From a virus: a stretch of DNA of 64,000 nucleotides. This document shows positions 7,770 through 17,947 of the stretch, one piece after another (within the stretch, counting starts at the first letter, position 1; each line of letters opens with the position of its first letter). Both the position numbers and the translations under genes were made by a program. The stretch is from IMG/VR virus record IMGVR_UViG_3300030104_006883, positions 32,001-96,000 of that record. One strand, given 5' to 3'. The notes below the pieces were generated by a model that was not told the origin of the DNA, did no database searches, and saw only the letters and a program-made list of their open reading frames with translations.

Positions 7770-8549
7770 ATGTCTCATATATCTTATTCTGAATTTCGTA
7801 TTTGGAACGAGTGCCCCTACAAACATAAATTAAAATATGTAGACAAGGTACACGATTTTCAAGGTAGTGAATATACTGCTTTTGGCACTGCTATCCATTC
7901 TGTTTGTGAAAACTCTGTTGTGTCTAATTCTTTTGATAAAACGGAACATTTTCGTGAAGCTTTTACAAGCGAGTTGGCCAAGCTGCCTGAAACTGTAAAA
8001 AAGAACTTGAATAAAGAGTTGGTTGATAACATGTATAAGGATGGTCCCGAACTAGCTGAAAGAGCGGTCCCCGCTTTAGAAAGTTATTTTGGCTCGTTTG
8101 AGGTAGTCTCTACCGAAGAGGGTCTCTATGAAAATATGGAAAGTTTCGATGATCAGATATTTAAAGGATATATTGATTTAGTTATAAAAACTGAAGATGG
8201 CAAACATCATATCTTAGATTGGAAAACATGTAGTTGGGGCTGGGACGCTAGAAAGAAGTCGGATAAAATGACAACGTACCAGCTAACACTGTACAAGAAA
8301 TATTATGCCCAAAAGCACAACATAGACTTGTCTGATATTGAAACTTACTTTGGTCTTTTAAAAAGAACAGCAAAAGATAATAAAGTTGAGATCTTTCGTG
8401 TGACGAGTGGAAATAAAAAAACAGAAAACGCCCTTAAAATGTTGAATAATACAGTGCATAATATACTTAGAGAAAATCATGTCAAAAATAAACTTGCCTG
8501 TACAAAGGGATTTGTATGCGAGTTTTATAAGACAGAACACTGTAATTAA
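7770..8549 (+). CDS. PD-(D/E)XK nuclease, RecB/AddB/Cas4-like, probable Fe-S cluster
   Basis: ISYSE...ECP, FGTAIH, GYIDLV, ILDWKT, QLTLY; one N-terminal and three C-terminal Cys (CTKGFVCEFYKTEHC). Confidence 0.85.
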   Translation: MSHISYSEFRIWNECPYKHKLKYVDKVHDFQGSEYTAFGTAIHSVCENSVVSNSFDKTEHFREAFTSELAKLPETVKKNLNKELVDNMYKDGPELAERAVPALESYFGSFEVVSTEEGLYENMESFDDQIFKGYIDLVIKTEDGKHHILDWKTCSWGWDARKKSDKMTTYQLTLYKKYYAQKHNIDLSDIETYFGLLKRTAKDNKVEIFRVTSGNKKTENALKMLNNTVHNILRENHVKNKLACTKGFVCEFYKTEHCN

Positions 8550-8558
8550 GAGGCAAGT

Positions 8559-9806
8559 GTGGATAAAAAAATTAAGGTCTTCGTAATCAGCGACATGATC
8601 CTGTCGCCTTCTGGAGTAGGCACCCAGACGAAGTATATGGTTGATGCCTTGGTAAAGACGGGAAGATATGAATTTATATGTCTTGGTGGAGCAGTAAAAC
8701 ACCATAGTTATGAACCGATCAAGTACGGCGACGATGTAGTAATTTTCCCTGTTGATGGGTATGGCAATCATGATATGATCAGGTCGCTGATAAGAACCCA
8801 TAAGCCAGACATGTTGTGGTTCATGACTGATCCAAGGTTCTATGAGTGGCTTTGGGAAATAGAAAATGAGATACGTCCATTGATTCCAATGGTTTATTAT
8901 CATGTTTGGGATAATTATCCTTATCCAAAATTTAATAAGCCTCATTACGAATCTTGCGATGTTATAGTTAATATTTCTAAAGTAACTGATGATATTGTTA
9001 AAACGGTAGCGCCGAACGTAGAGAGCTATTATATGCCTCATGCGGTGGACAATAATATTTTTTCTAAAGTAGATGACCAAGCTCTTGCTACTTTTAGGAA
9101 GGAGCATTCTTTGGATGATGGTAAATTCACGGTGTTCTGGAATAATAGAAATGCGAGAAGAAAACAGAGTGGCACTGTTATATGGTGGTTTAACGAATTC
9201 TTGAAGATAGTTGGGAAAGATAAGGCAAGGTTGGTCATGCACACCGATATTAGAGACCCTCATGGCCAAGACCTGGGAGCTATTATCCAAGAATTAGGAC
9301 TTGGGAATCGCGAAGTGGTTTTTTCGACTCAAAAGCATCCACCGGAGGTACTTGCTTTGTTATATAATAATGCTGACTGCACCATAAATATAGCTGACGC
9401 TGAAGGTTTTGGTCTCGGCACTATGGAATCTTTATCATGTGAAACACCAATTATTGTGACAATGACAGGTGGTTTACAGGAGCAGGTCACAGATGGAGAA
9501 AACTGGTTTGGAATTGGTCTGAAGCCCGCTTCTTCTGCTATTATCGGCTCATTGCAGGTTCCGTACATACGGGAGGATAGAGTTTCTGAAGAAGATGTTG
9601 TACAAGCGCTATTAGACATGTATAACAAGACCGATGAAGAAAGAAGCGCAATAGGCAAAGCTGGCCGTGAGCACATTTTAAGAAATTACAACTTTGATGA
9701 TTACGGCAATAAGTGGGTAGAACTCATGGACAAAATTCACGAGGAACACGGATCTTGGGACAATAGAAAGAAACACAATCGTTGGGTTTTAAAGGAAATA
9801 AGATAA
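8559..9806 (+). CDS. GT4-family (GT-B) glycosyltransferase
   Basis: SGVG N-terminal loop; NIADAEGFGLGTMESLSCETPIIVTMTGGLQE (EX7E). Confidence 0.9.
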   Translation: MDKKIKVFVISDMILSPSGVGTQTKYMVDALVKTGRYEFICLGGAVKHHSYEPIKYGDDVVIFPVDGYGNHDMIRSLIRTHKPDMLWFMTDPRFYEWLWEIENEIRPLIPMVYYHVWDNYPYPKFNKPHYESCDVIVNISKVTDDIVKTVAPNVESYYMPHAVDNNIFSKVDDQALATFRKEHSLDDGKFTVFWNNRNARRKQSGTVIWWFNEFLKIVGKDKARLVMHTDIRDPHGQDLGAIIQELGLGNREVVFSTQKHPPEVLALLYNNADCTINIADAEGFGLGTMESLSCETPIIVTMTGGLQEQVTDGENWFGIGLKPASSAIIGSLQVPYIREDRVSEEDVVQALLDMYNKTDEERSAIGKAGREHILRNYNFDDYGNKWVELMDKIHEEHGSWDNRKKHNRWVLKEIR

Positions 9807-11059
9807 TGTATAAAGTTATATTGAAAGCACCCGTACTTTCTAGATCTGGCTATGGGGAACACTCTAGGTTCGTCCTAAGATCTTTAATGAGGCGAGAAGA
9901 CATTTTTGACATTTATGTAATGAACATAAACTGGGGAGCAACAGGAATAGTTCCTGAAGATACTGAAGAGAGGCGGTGGATAGACTTTTTAATTCACAAG
10001 ACTATTCACGCTGTGCAACAGAATAACACTCAATTTGATATATCTTTACAAGTAACCATACCGAACGAATGGGAGCGAATAGCAAAAACAAATATTGGAA
10101 TAACCGCCGGTATAGAAACAAATATGGTCTCGCCTGTTTGGATCCAAAAGACGGAAGAAACCGTTGATAAGATTATTGTAACGTCGGAACACGCAAAAGC
10201 AGGGTTCCTTGAAACAGTGTGCACCGTCCAGGGGCCTAATGGTGAGGTGATTCGTAATGATTTTAAATGTACTAAACCGATAGAGGTGGTCAATTATCCT
10301 GCTAAGAATCTAGAGCCGATAGATATTGGGCTTGAATTACCTAATGACTTTAATTTTCTGTGCGTAGCACAATGGTCCCCAAGAAAAAATCTAGATAATA
10401 CCATTAGATGGTTTGTGGAAGAATTTATTAATGATGAGGTTGGCCTTGTTGTAAAGGCGAACTTTTCAAAAAACTGTGTATACGATAGGTATAAGTGCGA
10501 GCAAAGGCTACATTCAATACTACAAGCTTATCCTGATAGAAAGTGTAGTGTCTATTTGTTGCATGGTGGATTACGCGATGAAGAGGTGCATGGGCTCTAT
10601 AGGCATGATAAGATCAAGGCTATAATCAATCTCGCACACGGAGAAGGGTTTGGACTACCATTATTTGAAGCAGCCCAAGCGGGACTACCAGTCATAGCCC
10701 CAGATTGGAGTGGCCATTTAGATTTCTTATATATGCCCGTTGAAAACAAGAAGGGTAAAACCAAGAGTAAGGCTATGTTTGCTAAAGTTAACTACGATAT
10801 TGGCCAGGTCCAGCCGGAAGCTAGATGGGAGGGGGTTATAGAAGAACAAAGCTCTTGGTGCTATCCAGATCCTAAATCTTACAAAAACAAGCTAAGAGAA
10901 ATTTTTAAAGATCAGCCTAGATTTAAAAAGCATGCAAAGGACTTGCAAGAGTGGATCTCTGAAGAGTTTGAGCAAGAGAAGATGTACAAGAAGATGTCTG
11001 ACGCTATTCTTAGTGCGCTGCCGCAAGAAAAGGATGAAAATATACAGGTATTCGGATGA
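9806..11059 (+). CDS. GT4-family (GT-B) glycosyltransferase
   Basis: SGYG loop, PRKNLD, HGEGFGLPLFEAAQAGLPVIAPDWSGHLDF; ATG 9806 overlaps upstream TAA. Confidence 0.9.
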   Translation: MYKVILKAPVLSRSGYGEHSRFVLRSLMRREDIFDIYVMNINWGATGIVPEDTEERRWIDFLIHKTIHAVQQNNTQFDISLQVTIPNEWERIAKTNIGITAGIETNMVSPVWIQKTEETVDKIIVTSEHAKAGFLETVCTVQGPNGEVIRNDFKCTKPIEVVNYPAKNLEPIDIGLELPNDFNFLCVAQWSPRKNLDNTIRWFVEEFINDEVGLVVKANFSKNCVYDRYKCEQRLHSILQAYPDRKCSVYLLHGGLRDEEVHGLYRHDKIKAIINLAHGEGFGLPLFEAAQAGLPVIAPDWSGHLDFLYMPVENKKGKTKSKAMFAKVNYDIGQVQPEARWEGVIEEQSSWCYPDPKSYKNKLREIFKDQPRFKKHAKDLQEWISEEFEQEKMYKKMSDAILSALPQEKDENIQVFG

Positions 11060-12681
11060 GGACCGTAGTTTTTATAGCAGATTTTTATGCTAACGAGATT
11101 GCAGGCGGAGGGGAGCTTGTTAACGAGGTTTTAATTAATGGTCTTAAAGATAGGGGGTTTAAGGTACGTAGCTTGAAGAGCCAAGAGGTTACGGAAGACT
11201 ATATTAAACAAAGTGATGATTTTTTTATTATTGCTAATTTTATAGGCTTAAATGCTGCTTGCTTGTCCGCTCTTTACGAAAAAGATTATGTGATATTTGA
11301 GCATGATCACAAATATCTAAAGACTAGAGACCCTTCGCCATTTCCTAATTATCTGGCCACTGAAGACCAAATTATAAACAAGGAGTTTTATAAAAGAGCA
11401 AAGGCTGTTTTTTGTCAATCTAAGATACATTCCGAAGTTGTTAATAAAAACTTACTTATAAATAATGTTGTTAATTTGGGCTGTAGCATGTGGTCTGACA
11501 ACCATGTCCGTGTACTTAGAGAAAACTTAAACAAAGATAAGAAAAGAGACAAAGCAATCATTGCTTCTACAAATGCTGTTAAGGGAACCCGACAGGCAGA
11601 GGCTTTCTGTAAAAAATTAAACAACCCCTATGAGTTAATCCAGCCGTGTTCTTTTGAAGACTTGATTCCACAACTGGCTGAATTTAAAAGCCTAGTCTTT
11701 TTTTCGCAGGTTCTGGAAACCTTCTGTAGGTTAGCTGTAGAGGCCAGGATTCTTGGATGTAAGCTTGTAACAAACGGGAATAACGGATGTACTTCGGAGG
11801 AGTGGTTTGGGAAGCTAGAAGGAGAGGAACTTCTAAATTTTGTTGAGTCCAAAAGAGACGAAATTGTTGATACCGTAGCATCTGCTGTAACAGGCGCAGA
11901 TGGGATTAATTTTTTCAAAAAAGAAAGGTCTTCGGATACTGCGGACATAACAGTTATATTGAATTCATATAGAAGACCATATAATTTAAAGAGACAAGTA
12001 GAGGCCATAAGAAGTCAAGTCATAGGATGTAAAGAAATATGGCTTTGGGTAAATGATCATGAAGATAATCATGATTTTGATTATTCTGAGCTTGGGCTAG
12101 ACAAAATATTTCACAATAACCATAATTGGAAGTTTTATGGACGTTTTGCTGGAGCCTTGTTAGCTGATACGGAATATATTGCAATTTTTGATGACGACAC
12201 CGTACCAGGAAGACTGTGGTTTAAAAATTGCTTAGATACCATGGAAACACATGAGGGTATTCTAGGTAGCGCTGGTATAATCTTGAATGATTATCATTAC
12301 GTCAAACATGATCGATGTGGTTGGCCGACGCAAAACCCAGAGACGGAAGAGGTTGACTTGGTAGGGCATGCTTGGTTTTTCAAAAGAGAGTGGCTCCAAT
12401 ATCTTTGGAAAGAAAAACCTCCGACCTGGGACAACGGAGAAGACATACAGTTTGCCTACTCTGCTAAAACATATGGAGGTATAAAAACTTTCTGTCCTCC
12501 ACACCCCCCTAACAATAAAGAAATGCATGGGTCTACGCTTGGTAACGAGCTAGGCATTGACTCTAAGGCAACATCAAATAACAATGAGACAACTCACCAA
12601 CAATTCTTTAGTGAAAGAGATATGTGTGTTATACATGGTATAAAGAATGGTTGGGAAACAGTTCGAGGAGTAAAAATATGA
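11056..12681 (+). CDS. two-domain glycosyltransferase (GT-B-like N-terminus fused to GT2/GT-A-like C-terminus)
   Basis: AGGGEL...ETFCRLAVEARILGC in N half; VILNSYRR, FDDD, GEDI in C half. Confidence 0.75.
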   Translation: MRTVVFIADFYANEIAGGGELVNEVLINGLKDRGFKVRSLKSQEVTEDYIKQSDDFFIIANFIGLNAACLSALYEKDYVIFEHDHKYLKTRDPSPFPNYLATEDQIINKEFYKRAKAVFCQSKIHSEVVNKNLLINNVVNLGCSMWSDNHVRVLRENLNKDKKRDKAIIASTNAVKGTRQAEAFCKKLNNPYELIQPCSFEDLIPQLAEFKSLVFFSQVLETFCRLAVEARILGCKLVTNGNNGCTSEEWFGKLEGEELLNFVESKRDEIVDTVASAVTGADGINFFKKERSSDTADITVILNSYRRPYNLKRQVEAIRSQVIGCKEIWLWVNDHEDNHDFDYSELGLDKIFHNNHNWKFYGRFAGALLADTEYIAIFDDDTVPGRLWFKNCLDTMETHEGILGSAGIILNDYHYVKHDRCGWPTQNPETEEVDLVGHAWFFKREWLQYLWKEKPPTWDNGEDIQFAYSAKTYGGIKTFCPPHPPNNKEMHGSTLGNELGIDSKATSNNNETTHQQFFSERDMCVIHGIKNGWETVRGVKI

Positions 12682-13682
12682 TACTTATAAGCTTTGGTAC
12701 AAGACCTGAATATATAAAAATAAAGCCTCTTCTAAAAGAATTTTCTAAACAAAAAGTTGATTATAAGCTGCTTTTAACGGGACAACACACGGACCTGCTG
12801 TCTTCTATTGAAGAAGATGTCGATAGACTAGAGATAATAGATGGTGATAGCAGGCTAGACTCGATCGTGTCCTCTGTAATGAATAATAATCACATTTTTG
12901 ATGGAGTAGACGCAGTACTTGTCCAAGGAGACACAACTTCTGCTTTCTCGATCGCTTTAGCGGCTTTTCATAGAAAAATAAAGATAATACATTTGGAGGC
13001 GGGCCTTAGAACTTACGATATGCTCAACCCTTACCCGGAAGAGTTTAATAGACAAGTTATATCTAGAATGTCTGACATAAACTTATGTCCGACTGAAGAG
13101 TCAAGTATCAATTTAAAACATGAGCGCGTAGGTGGCAAGACTTATGTTGTTGGGAATACTGTTTTAGATAACATTGTAGATATTGAGACGGAGTACACTA
13201 ACAAAGTTGTAATTACGATGCATCGGCGTGAAAACCATGAGCTAATCCCCGAATGGTTTCGCAAACTTGATGAGATAGCAAAAAACAACAAGCACTTGGA
13301 ATTTATATTACCAATCCATCCGAACCCTAATGTATATAAACATAAGGATTTACTACATCATGTAAAAGTGGTAAAACCAATGGAGTATAGTGAATTTATT
13401 AAACTTTTAGCATCTTGCAAGTTTGTAATTACTGACAGCGGTGGATTGCAAGAAGAATCCTCATTCTTTAGAAAGAAGTGTATTGTTTGTCGAAAAACAA
13501 CAGAGAGAATTGAAGGCATGGGTGTTTTTGCATTTTTGTGCATGGGAGTAGAGGACTTGCGTGGCCTTGTGCAGTGGGTAGACGAAGATCATATTCCGGA
13601 TGAAAAAGAAGTTTGTCCGTATGGAGATGGCAAGTCCGCTGAAAAAATATGTAAAATTTTAAGGCAAAACCATGGACTTTAA
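12678..13682 (+). CDS. wecB: UDP-N-acetylglucosamine 2-epimerase (non-hydrolysing)
   Basis: GTRPEYIK, TGQH, VQGDTTS, HLEAGLRT, PYPEEFNR, TDSGGLQEE, PYGDG; ATG 12678. Confidence 0.92.
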   Translation: MILISFGTRPEYIKIKPLLKEFSKQKVDYKLLLTGQHTDLLSSIEEDVDRLEIIDGDSRLDSIVSSVMNNNHIFDGVDAVLVQGDTTSAFSIALAAFHRKIKIIHLEAGLRTYDMLNPYPEEFNRQVISRMSDINLCPTEESSINLKHERVGGKTYVVGNTVLDNIVDIETEYTNKVVITMHRRENHELIPEWFRKLDEIAKNNKHLEFILPIHPNPNVYKHKDLLHHVKVVKPMEYSEFIKLLASCKFVITDSGGLQEESSFFRKKCIVCRKTTERIEGMGVFAFLCMGVEDLRGLVQWVDEDHIPDEKEVCPYGDGKSAEKICKILRQNHGL

Positions 13683-14448
13683 GACAGATTTCCATAGGCT
13701 GCTCGACAAGCTACAGAATGGTGAGAATTTTGCTTTTAGCAGGTTCTCAGACGGGGAAATTGCTATAATGCAGGGAAAGTTATTAGTTCTTGCTAGCGAT
13801 CGAGTTATTTTAGGAGAAACAGTATATAATTTTGGATATTCGGAGAATGACCACAAAGAGTTCGATCCAAAAAGAGACAAGTTTTTGACTGATAAATTAA
13901 TAGAGGCTTACAAGCATAAACAAGATAACTATTTTGTTGGGGGCATTTGTAGAAATTGCACTTGTGCTTCAAGTGAGTTTAAACCTTGGATGCGCGAGCT
14001 TTATGGACCTGACGACGAGCATGCGATGTCTGCAAATTTACTCGTTAATTCAAACTATCCGATGTTTATAAACCACTTCATACCACAACTAAAAAAACAT
14101 AACGTGATAATGATATGTAATGAAAACGCTAATTTAGAAAAACTACCTTTTGAAGTTGTGAAAGATTTTAGAGTTGGAAAAAACTGTATTGTAAATGATC
14201 ATCACTTGATTGATGATATAAAAAAATATATAAACGATAACGAGATAAAAGATCATGTTTTTTTGTTTTCTGCGAGCAGTTTGAGCGAGGTTTTAATTTA
14301 CGAACTTTTTAAACAGAATAGTGAAAATACCTATATTGATATTGGAACCACTTTGCATCCGTATATGGGCATGGAACTAGCTAGAGACTACTTGAGAGCA
14401 TATCATGGTGGTGGTTTCCATCCGGACTTGGTTAAAAGCTGTTCTTAG
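13672..14448 (+). CDS. GT-D fold (DUF1792-like) glycosyltransferase
   Basis: FAFSRFSDGE N-terminal signature and C-terminal YIDIGT. Confidence 0.6.
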   Translation: MDFKTDFHRLLDKLQNGENFAFSRFSDGEIAIMQGKLLVLASDRVILGETVYNFGYSENDHKEFDPKRDKFLTDKLIEAYKHKQDNYFVGGICRNCTCASSEFKPWMRELYGPDDEHAMSANLLVNSNYPMFINHFIPQLKKHNVIMICNENANLEKLPFEVVKDFRVGKNCIVNDHHLIDDIKKYINDNEIKDHVFLFSASSLSEVLIYELFKQNSENTYIDIGTTLHPYMGMELARDYLRAYHGGGFHPDLVKSCS

Positions 14449-14456
14449 GTAGTTTT

Positions 14457-14843
14457 ATGAAAGAATTTGTTTTAAATAATAGAAGATTTTGGGAGTTTAT
14501 TCGCCAGCTTAGAAATGACGAAAGAGTTAAGCATGGGTTTATAGAACAAGTGGAAATAACCAAAGAACAGCATGAAAAATACATGAATTTACATGGGGAT
14601 AAGTTTTATATTTGCCTAGTAGGACAGAAAGCGGCAGGGTATGTCGGAGTGATAGACAATGATATAAGAGTGGCAACGCATCCGGACTATCAAAAAAAAG
14701 GAGTTGCTCTTTACATGATAAACGAATTAATGAAGCTTCACCCCGAGGCCTTTGCGAAGGTTAAGGTGGGGAATGAAGCAAGCGTAGCCTTATTTGAAAA
14801 GGCTGGATTTAAGAAGAAATATTATATTTTGGAGAAACAATAA
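14457..14843 (+). CDS. GNAT N-acetyltransferase (PseH/RimJ-like)
   Basis: LRND...EITKEQH, HPDYQKKGVA acetyl-CoA loop, NEASVALFEKAGF. Confidence 0.8.
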   Translation: MKEFVLNNRRFWEFIRQLRNDERVKHGFIEQVEITKEQHEKYMNLHGDKFYICLVGQKAAGYVGVIDNDIRVATHPDYQKKGVALYMINELMKLHPEAFAKVKVGNEASVALFEKAGFKKKYYILEKQ

Positions 14844-15718
14844 TGTATAGCTTAGTATTTGATATAGGGCACAACAAGTTTAGGTTTACGGAAAAATGCC
14901 TGGAGGCTAACCCTAGTTGCAATATAGTTGCAGTTGACGCAATAGATTTTAGTAAATGGGCTAAAGTTGACGACGAGAGCAGAAGGGATTTCAACGAAGC
15001 GATCGCTACATTATCACGTCTAAAATCTAAGTATGGAGACAGGATCCAAGTTTACAACAATATAGTAACCGATGAAGAGGGTTGCGAAGAGACCATTAAT
15101 ATACACACGGTTGCAACAGGAAAGTCGACAGCTATGGATATGGACGAACACATGGACCAGTCTCGGTTTTTCAACGGCAATAAATATATACTCGAAGAGT
15201 ATAATAACGTGATGACGACACATACTGGAATCAAGACGCCTCTTGAAGAATACATAATGGGGCTAAAACACAACTATGGTTCTGTAAAAAATGCGATTTC
15301 CACAGCCGCTTTGCCTTACTACCAAGAAGAAACGGTTTTAACCACAACACTAGATTCTCTAATCTCAAAAGAGGGAGTGCCTGATTTAATAAAAATAGAT
15401 GTGGAGGGCTACGAACACAAAGTAATCAAAGGCTTGACAGAGAAAGCGAACAAAATTTGTTTTGAATTTACTGAAGAGATGGACTATTGTTTGTATGAAT
15501 CTTTTCTTCACTTACAATCTTTGGGATATGAAAGCTTTGGAATTTGTGGATTTTTTGAAGAAGGGGACGGACATCGATATTTAACGTATGATTCTAATGG
15601 TGATACTCCTTTTAGAGAGCCTGAAGAATATTTTTCTATGGAATACGTTATGTTAGATTTGAGAAAAATATTGCACCCCAAAAGAAGAGTAAACTGGGGA
15701 ATGGCTTGGGTTAAATAA
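14843..15718 (+). CDS. FkbM-family SAM methyltransferase
   Basis: VFDIGHN, TTTLDSLI, PDLIKIDVEGYEHKVIKG. Confidence 0.85.
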   Translation: MYSLVFDIGHNKFRFTEKCLEANPSCNIVAVDAIDFSKWAKVDDESRRDFNEAIATLSRLKSKYGDRIQVYNNIVTDEEGCEETINIHTVATGKSTAMDMDEHMDQSRFFNGNKYILEEYNNVMTTHTGIKTPLEEYIMGLKHNYGSVKNAISTAALPYYQEETVLTTTLDSLISKEGVPDLIKIDVEGYEHKVIKGLTEKANKICFEFTEEMDYCLYESFLHLQSLGYESFGICGFFEEGDGHRYLTYDSNGDTPFREPEEYFSMEYVMLDLRKILHPKRRVNWGMAWVK

Positions 15719-16338
15719 TGCTTCACAACCCATACAAAGTAGTACAAATGTTCGAAGAAGAGATCGCTCACTATACGGGAGCCCCCTATGCTGTCTCTGT
15801 CAATAGCTGCACTAATGCTTTATTTTTGGCTTGTAAATGGGCAGGGGTGGAAGGAGAGGAGGTTGTACTTCCAAAGAGAACCTATCTATCCCCGCCGCAA
15901 TCAGTTATGCAAGCGGGCGGCAAGTTAATATTTGAAGATCTAGATTGGCAAGGAATCTACCAACTTAAGCCGTTCCCAATCTACGATGCTGCGAAGAGGC
16001 TAACATCAAATATGTATATTCCCGGCACTCTTATGTGCTTATCTTTCCATATTAAGAAACATTTAAAAATAGGCAAAGGAGGCATGATTCTTTGCGATGA
16101 TATTGATGCTGTTAAGTGGCTAAAAGCTAGAAGATATGAAGGAAGGACAGATGGGATGAAATACCACGAAGACATGATTGATGAAGAGGGGTGGAATATG
16201 TATATGACACCTGAGCAAGCGGCAAGAGGATTAACTTTAATGCAAAATTATCCGGAGCACATGCCGGATATACCGGAAGATCCTCCGTATAGAGATCTGA
16301 CAGAATTTGAATTATTTAAAGATATAGAGGTAAGATAA
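15718..16338 (+). CDS. miniaturised DegT/DnrJ/EryC1/StrS PLP aminotransferase
   Basis: FEEEIAHYTGAPYAVSVNSCTNAL, YDAA, SFHIKKHLKIGKGGMI (Lys retained); only 206 aa. Confidence 0.75.
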   Translation: MLHNPYKVVQMFEEEIAHYTGAPYAVSVNSCTNALFLACKWAGVEGEEVVLPKRTYLSPPQSVMQAGGKLIFEDLDWQGIYQLKPFPIYDAAKRLTSNMYIPGTLMCLSFHIKKHLKIGKGGMILCDDIDAVKWLKARRYEGRTDGMKYHEDMIDEEGWNMYMTPEQAARGLTLMQNYPEHMPDIPEDPPYRDLTEFELFKDIEVR

Positions 16339-17066
16339 TGAAAGCGCCTGAAACTATACCATTTATGATGTTTGATAAATACTGCATGAGCGGCGATGCA
16401 AAAATAGAGTACGCCTACAGGAATGACTGTGGAGATGAAACTCAGTCGCTTATTAACAACAATTTCACAAAAGAAGTGTTTGAAAAATCAATAGAAAGAA
16501 TTAAAAACAAAGAGCAAAACTATTACGGACCAACTGATACTTGGATGTATGAAGCACTAGAAAAGTATCCTATAAAAGATAAGCATGTAGTCATATTTGG
16601 ATCAACACACCCTTGGTATGAAGCAATGGCGATATCTTATGGCGCTTCTAAGTGTACTGTAATAGAATACTCTAAAAGAGAAAGTTTTCATGACAGTATA
16701 GAGTATATCCAACCACACGAGGTAGGAGACAACAAATATGACGTTTGCTTCTCTATATCTTCATTTGAACACGATGGGCTTGGTAGGTATGGAGATCCTT
16801 TAGATCCGGAAGGAGATCTTAAGGCAATGATCGCTGCCAAAGATAGAATACACAAAGATGGAATAATGTTTCTTTCTGTCCCAACTGGGTATGATAAGGT
16901 AGTTTTTAATCTTCATAGAGTTTATGGCCAAAAGAGGTTGCCAATGCTTTTGGAAAAGTGGGAAAAGATAGATGCTTTTGGAGAGGATCCAAACATGTTA
17001 ACCAATGATTTTAACGGGGTGAACGGATCCCCTTACCAGCCCATATTGGTGGTTAAAAATACATAA
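16338..17066 (+). CDS. DUF268-family putative methyltransferase
   Basis: VIFGSTHPWYEA, SISSFEHDGLGRYGDPLDP, NLHRVYG. Confidence 0.8.
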   Translation: MKAPETIPFMMFDKYCMSGDAKIEYAYRNDCGDETQSLINNNFTKEVFEKSIERIKNKEQNYYGPTDTWMYEALEKYPIKDKHVVIFGSTHPWYEAMAISYGASKCTVIEYSKRESFHDSIEYIQPHEVGDNKYDVCFSISSFEHDGLGRYGDPLDPEGDLKAMIAAKDRIHKDGIMFLSVPTGYDKVVFNLHRVYGQKRLPMLLEKWEKIDAFGEDPNMLTNDFNGVNGSPYQPILVVKNT

Positions 17067-17938
17067 TGATTACTTTTAGTCAATTAGGTATGCTAGGAAG
17101 GCTTGGCAACCAATTATATCAATATGCAACAGCAAAGTCCGTAGCGATTAAAACTGGCAACGTTTTAAAAATTCCCAATCCAGAACATATGTCTTGGCAC
17201 GGTCAAAAATGTTTGCTCAAAAATTTTAAAATTGAGTGTGAGTACCTGGAACTAAGCGAATACAACAATATACAAGCAAGATTTGTAGAGCCTGATCACA
17301 TGAAGTGGTACCCTGAAATTTTTAATGTACCTTCCAACACTGACCTATATGGATTCTTTCAAAGTGTTTATTATTTCCAAGATATCGAAGATCAGGTAAA
17401 AAAAGAATTTATGCTCTTAGATCATTTAGAGAGAGAGGCCGAGGAATACATTAGCTCTTTAAAGGAAGATGGTAGTGAAATTGTTAGTCTTCATGCACGT
17501 CGAGGAGACAACACGGACGGAACAAATCCTGAACTAGGACACTACTATGGCGAAAATGACATTTTTACCTGGGACAGTATATTCGGCAGATATTTTAAAG
17601 AGGCAAAGACTAAATTCAAAGATAAAAAGGTAAAGTACCTTGTCTTTACCGGCGGCAGCAGAGGACAGCTTGGAAACGAAAAGGATGTAGAGTGGTGTAA
17701 AAATAATATAAATGGTGAAAATATTTTATATTGTGAAGGTAAAGATGATATAATGGACTTTGCGATTATGAAGGCTTGTGACCATAATATTACTTGCCAC
17801 AATACATCGTTTGGATGGTGGGCTGCTTACTTAAATAATAACAAAGAAAAGATAGTCGTAGCGCCTAAAAATTATTTTGTTGATGACCCTAGCGCACACA
17901 GGGAAGGGCAAACACCGGAAGACTGGCATCTTGTATAG
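17066..17938 (+). CDS. GT11-family alpha-1,2-fucosyltransferase-like glycosyltransferase
   Basis: GRLGNQLYQYA, GFFQS..YF, SLHARRGD, NTSFGWWAAYL. Confidence 0.88.
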   Translation: MITFSQLGMLGRLGNQLYQYATAKSVAIKTGNVLKIPNPEHMSWHGQKCLLKNFKIECEYLELSEYNNIQARFVEPDHMKWYPEIFNVPSNTDLYGFFQSVYYFQDIEDQVKKEFMLLDHLEREAEEYISSLKEDGSEIVSLHARRGDNTDGTNPELGHYYGENDIFTWDSIFGRYFKEAKTKFKDKKVKYLVFTGGSRGQLGNEKDVEWCKNNINGENILYCEGKDDIMDFAIMKACDHNITCHNTSFGWWAAYLNNNKEKIVVAPKNYFVDDPSAHREGQTPEDWHLV

Positions 17939-17947
17939 GAGCTAACA

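Noticed and set aside
7770-8549. CRISPR-Cas system suggested by the Cas4-like nuclease
   Set aside because: No cas1/cas2 or effector genes and no repeat-spacer array seen; solo Cas4-like nucleases are common in phages
8358-9290. 310-aa minus-strand ORF
   Set aside because: Fully antisense to the nuclease and GT4 genes, no motifs, composition typical of a shadow frame
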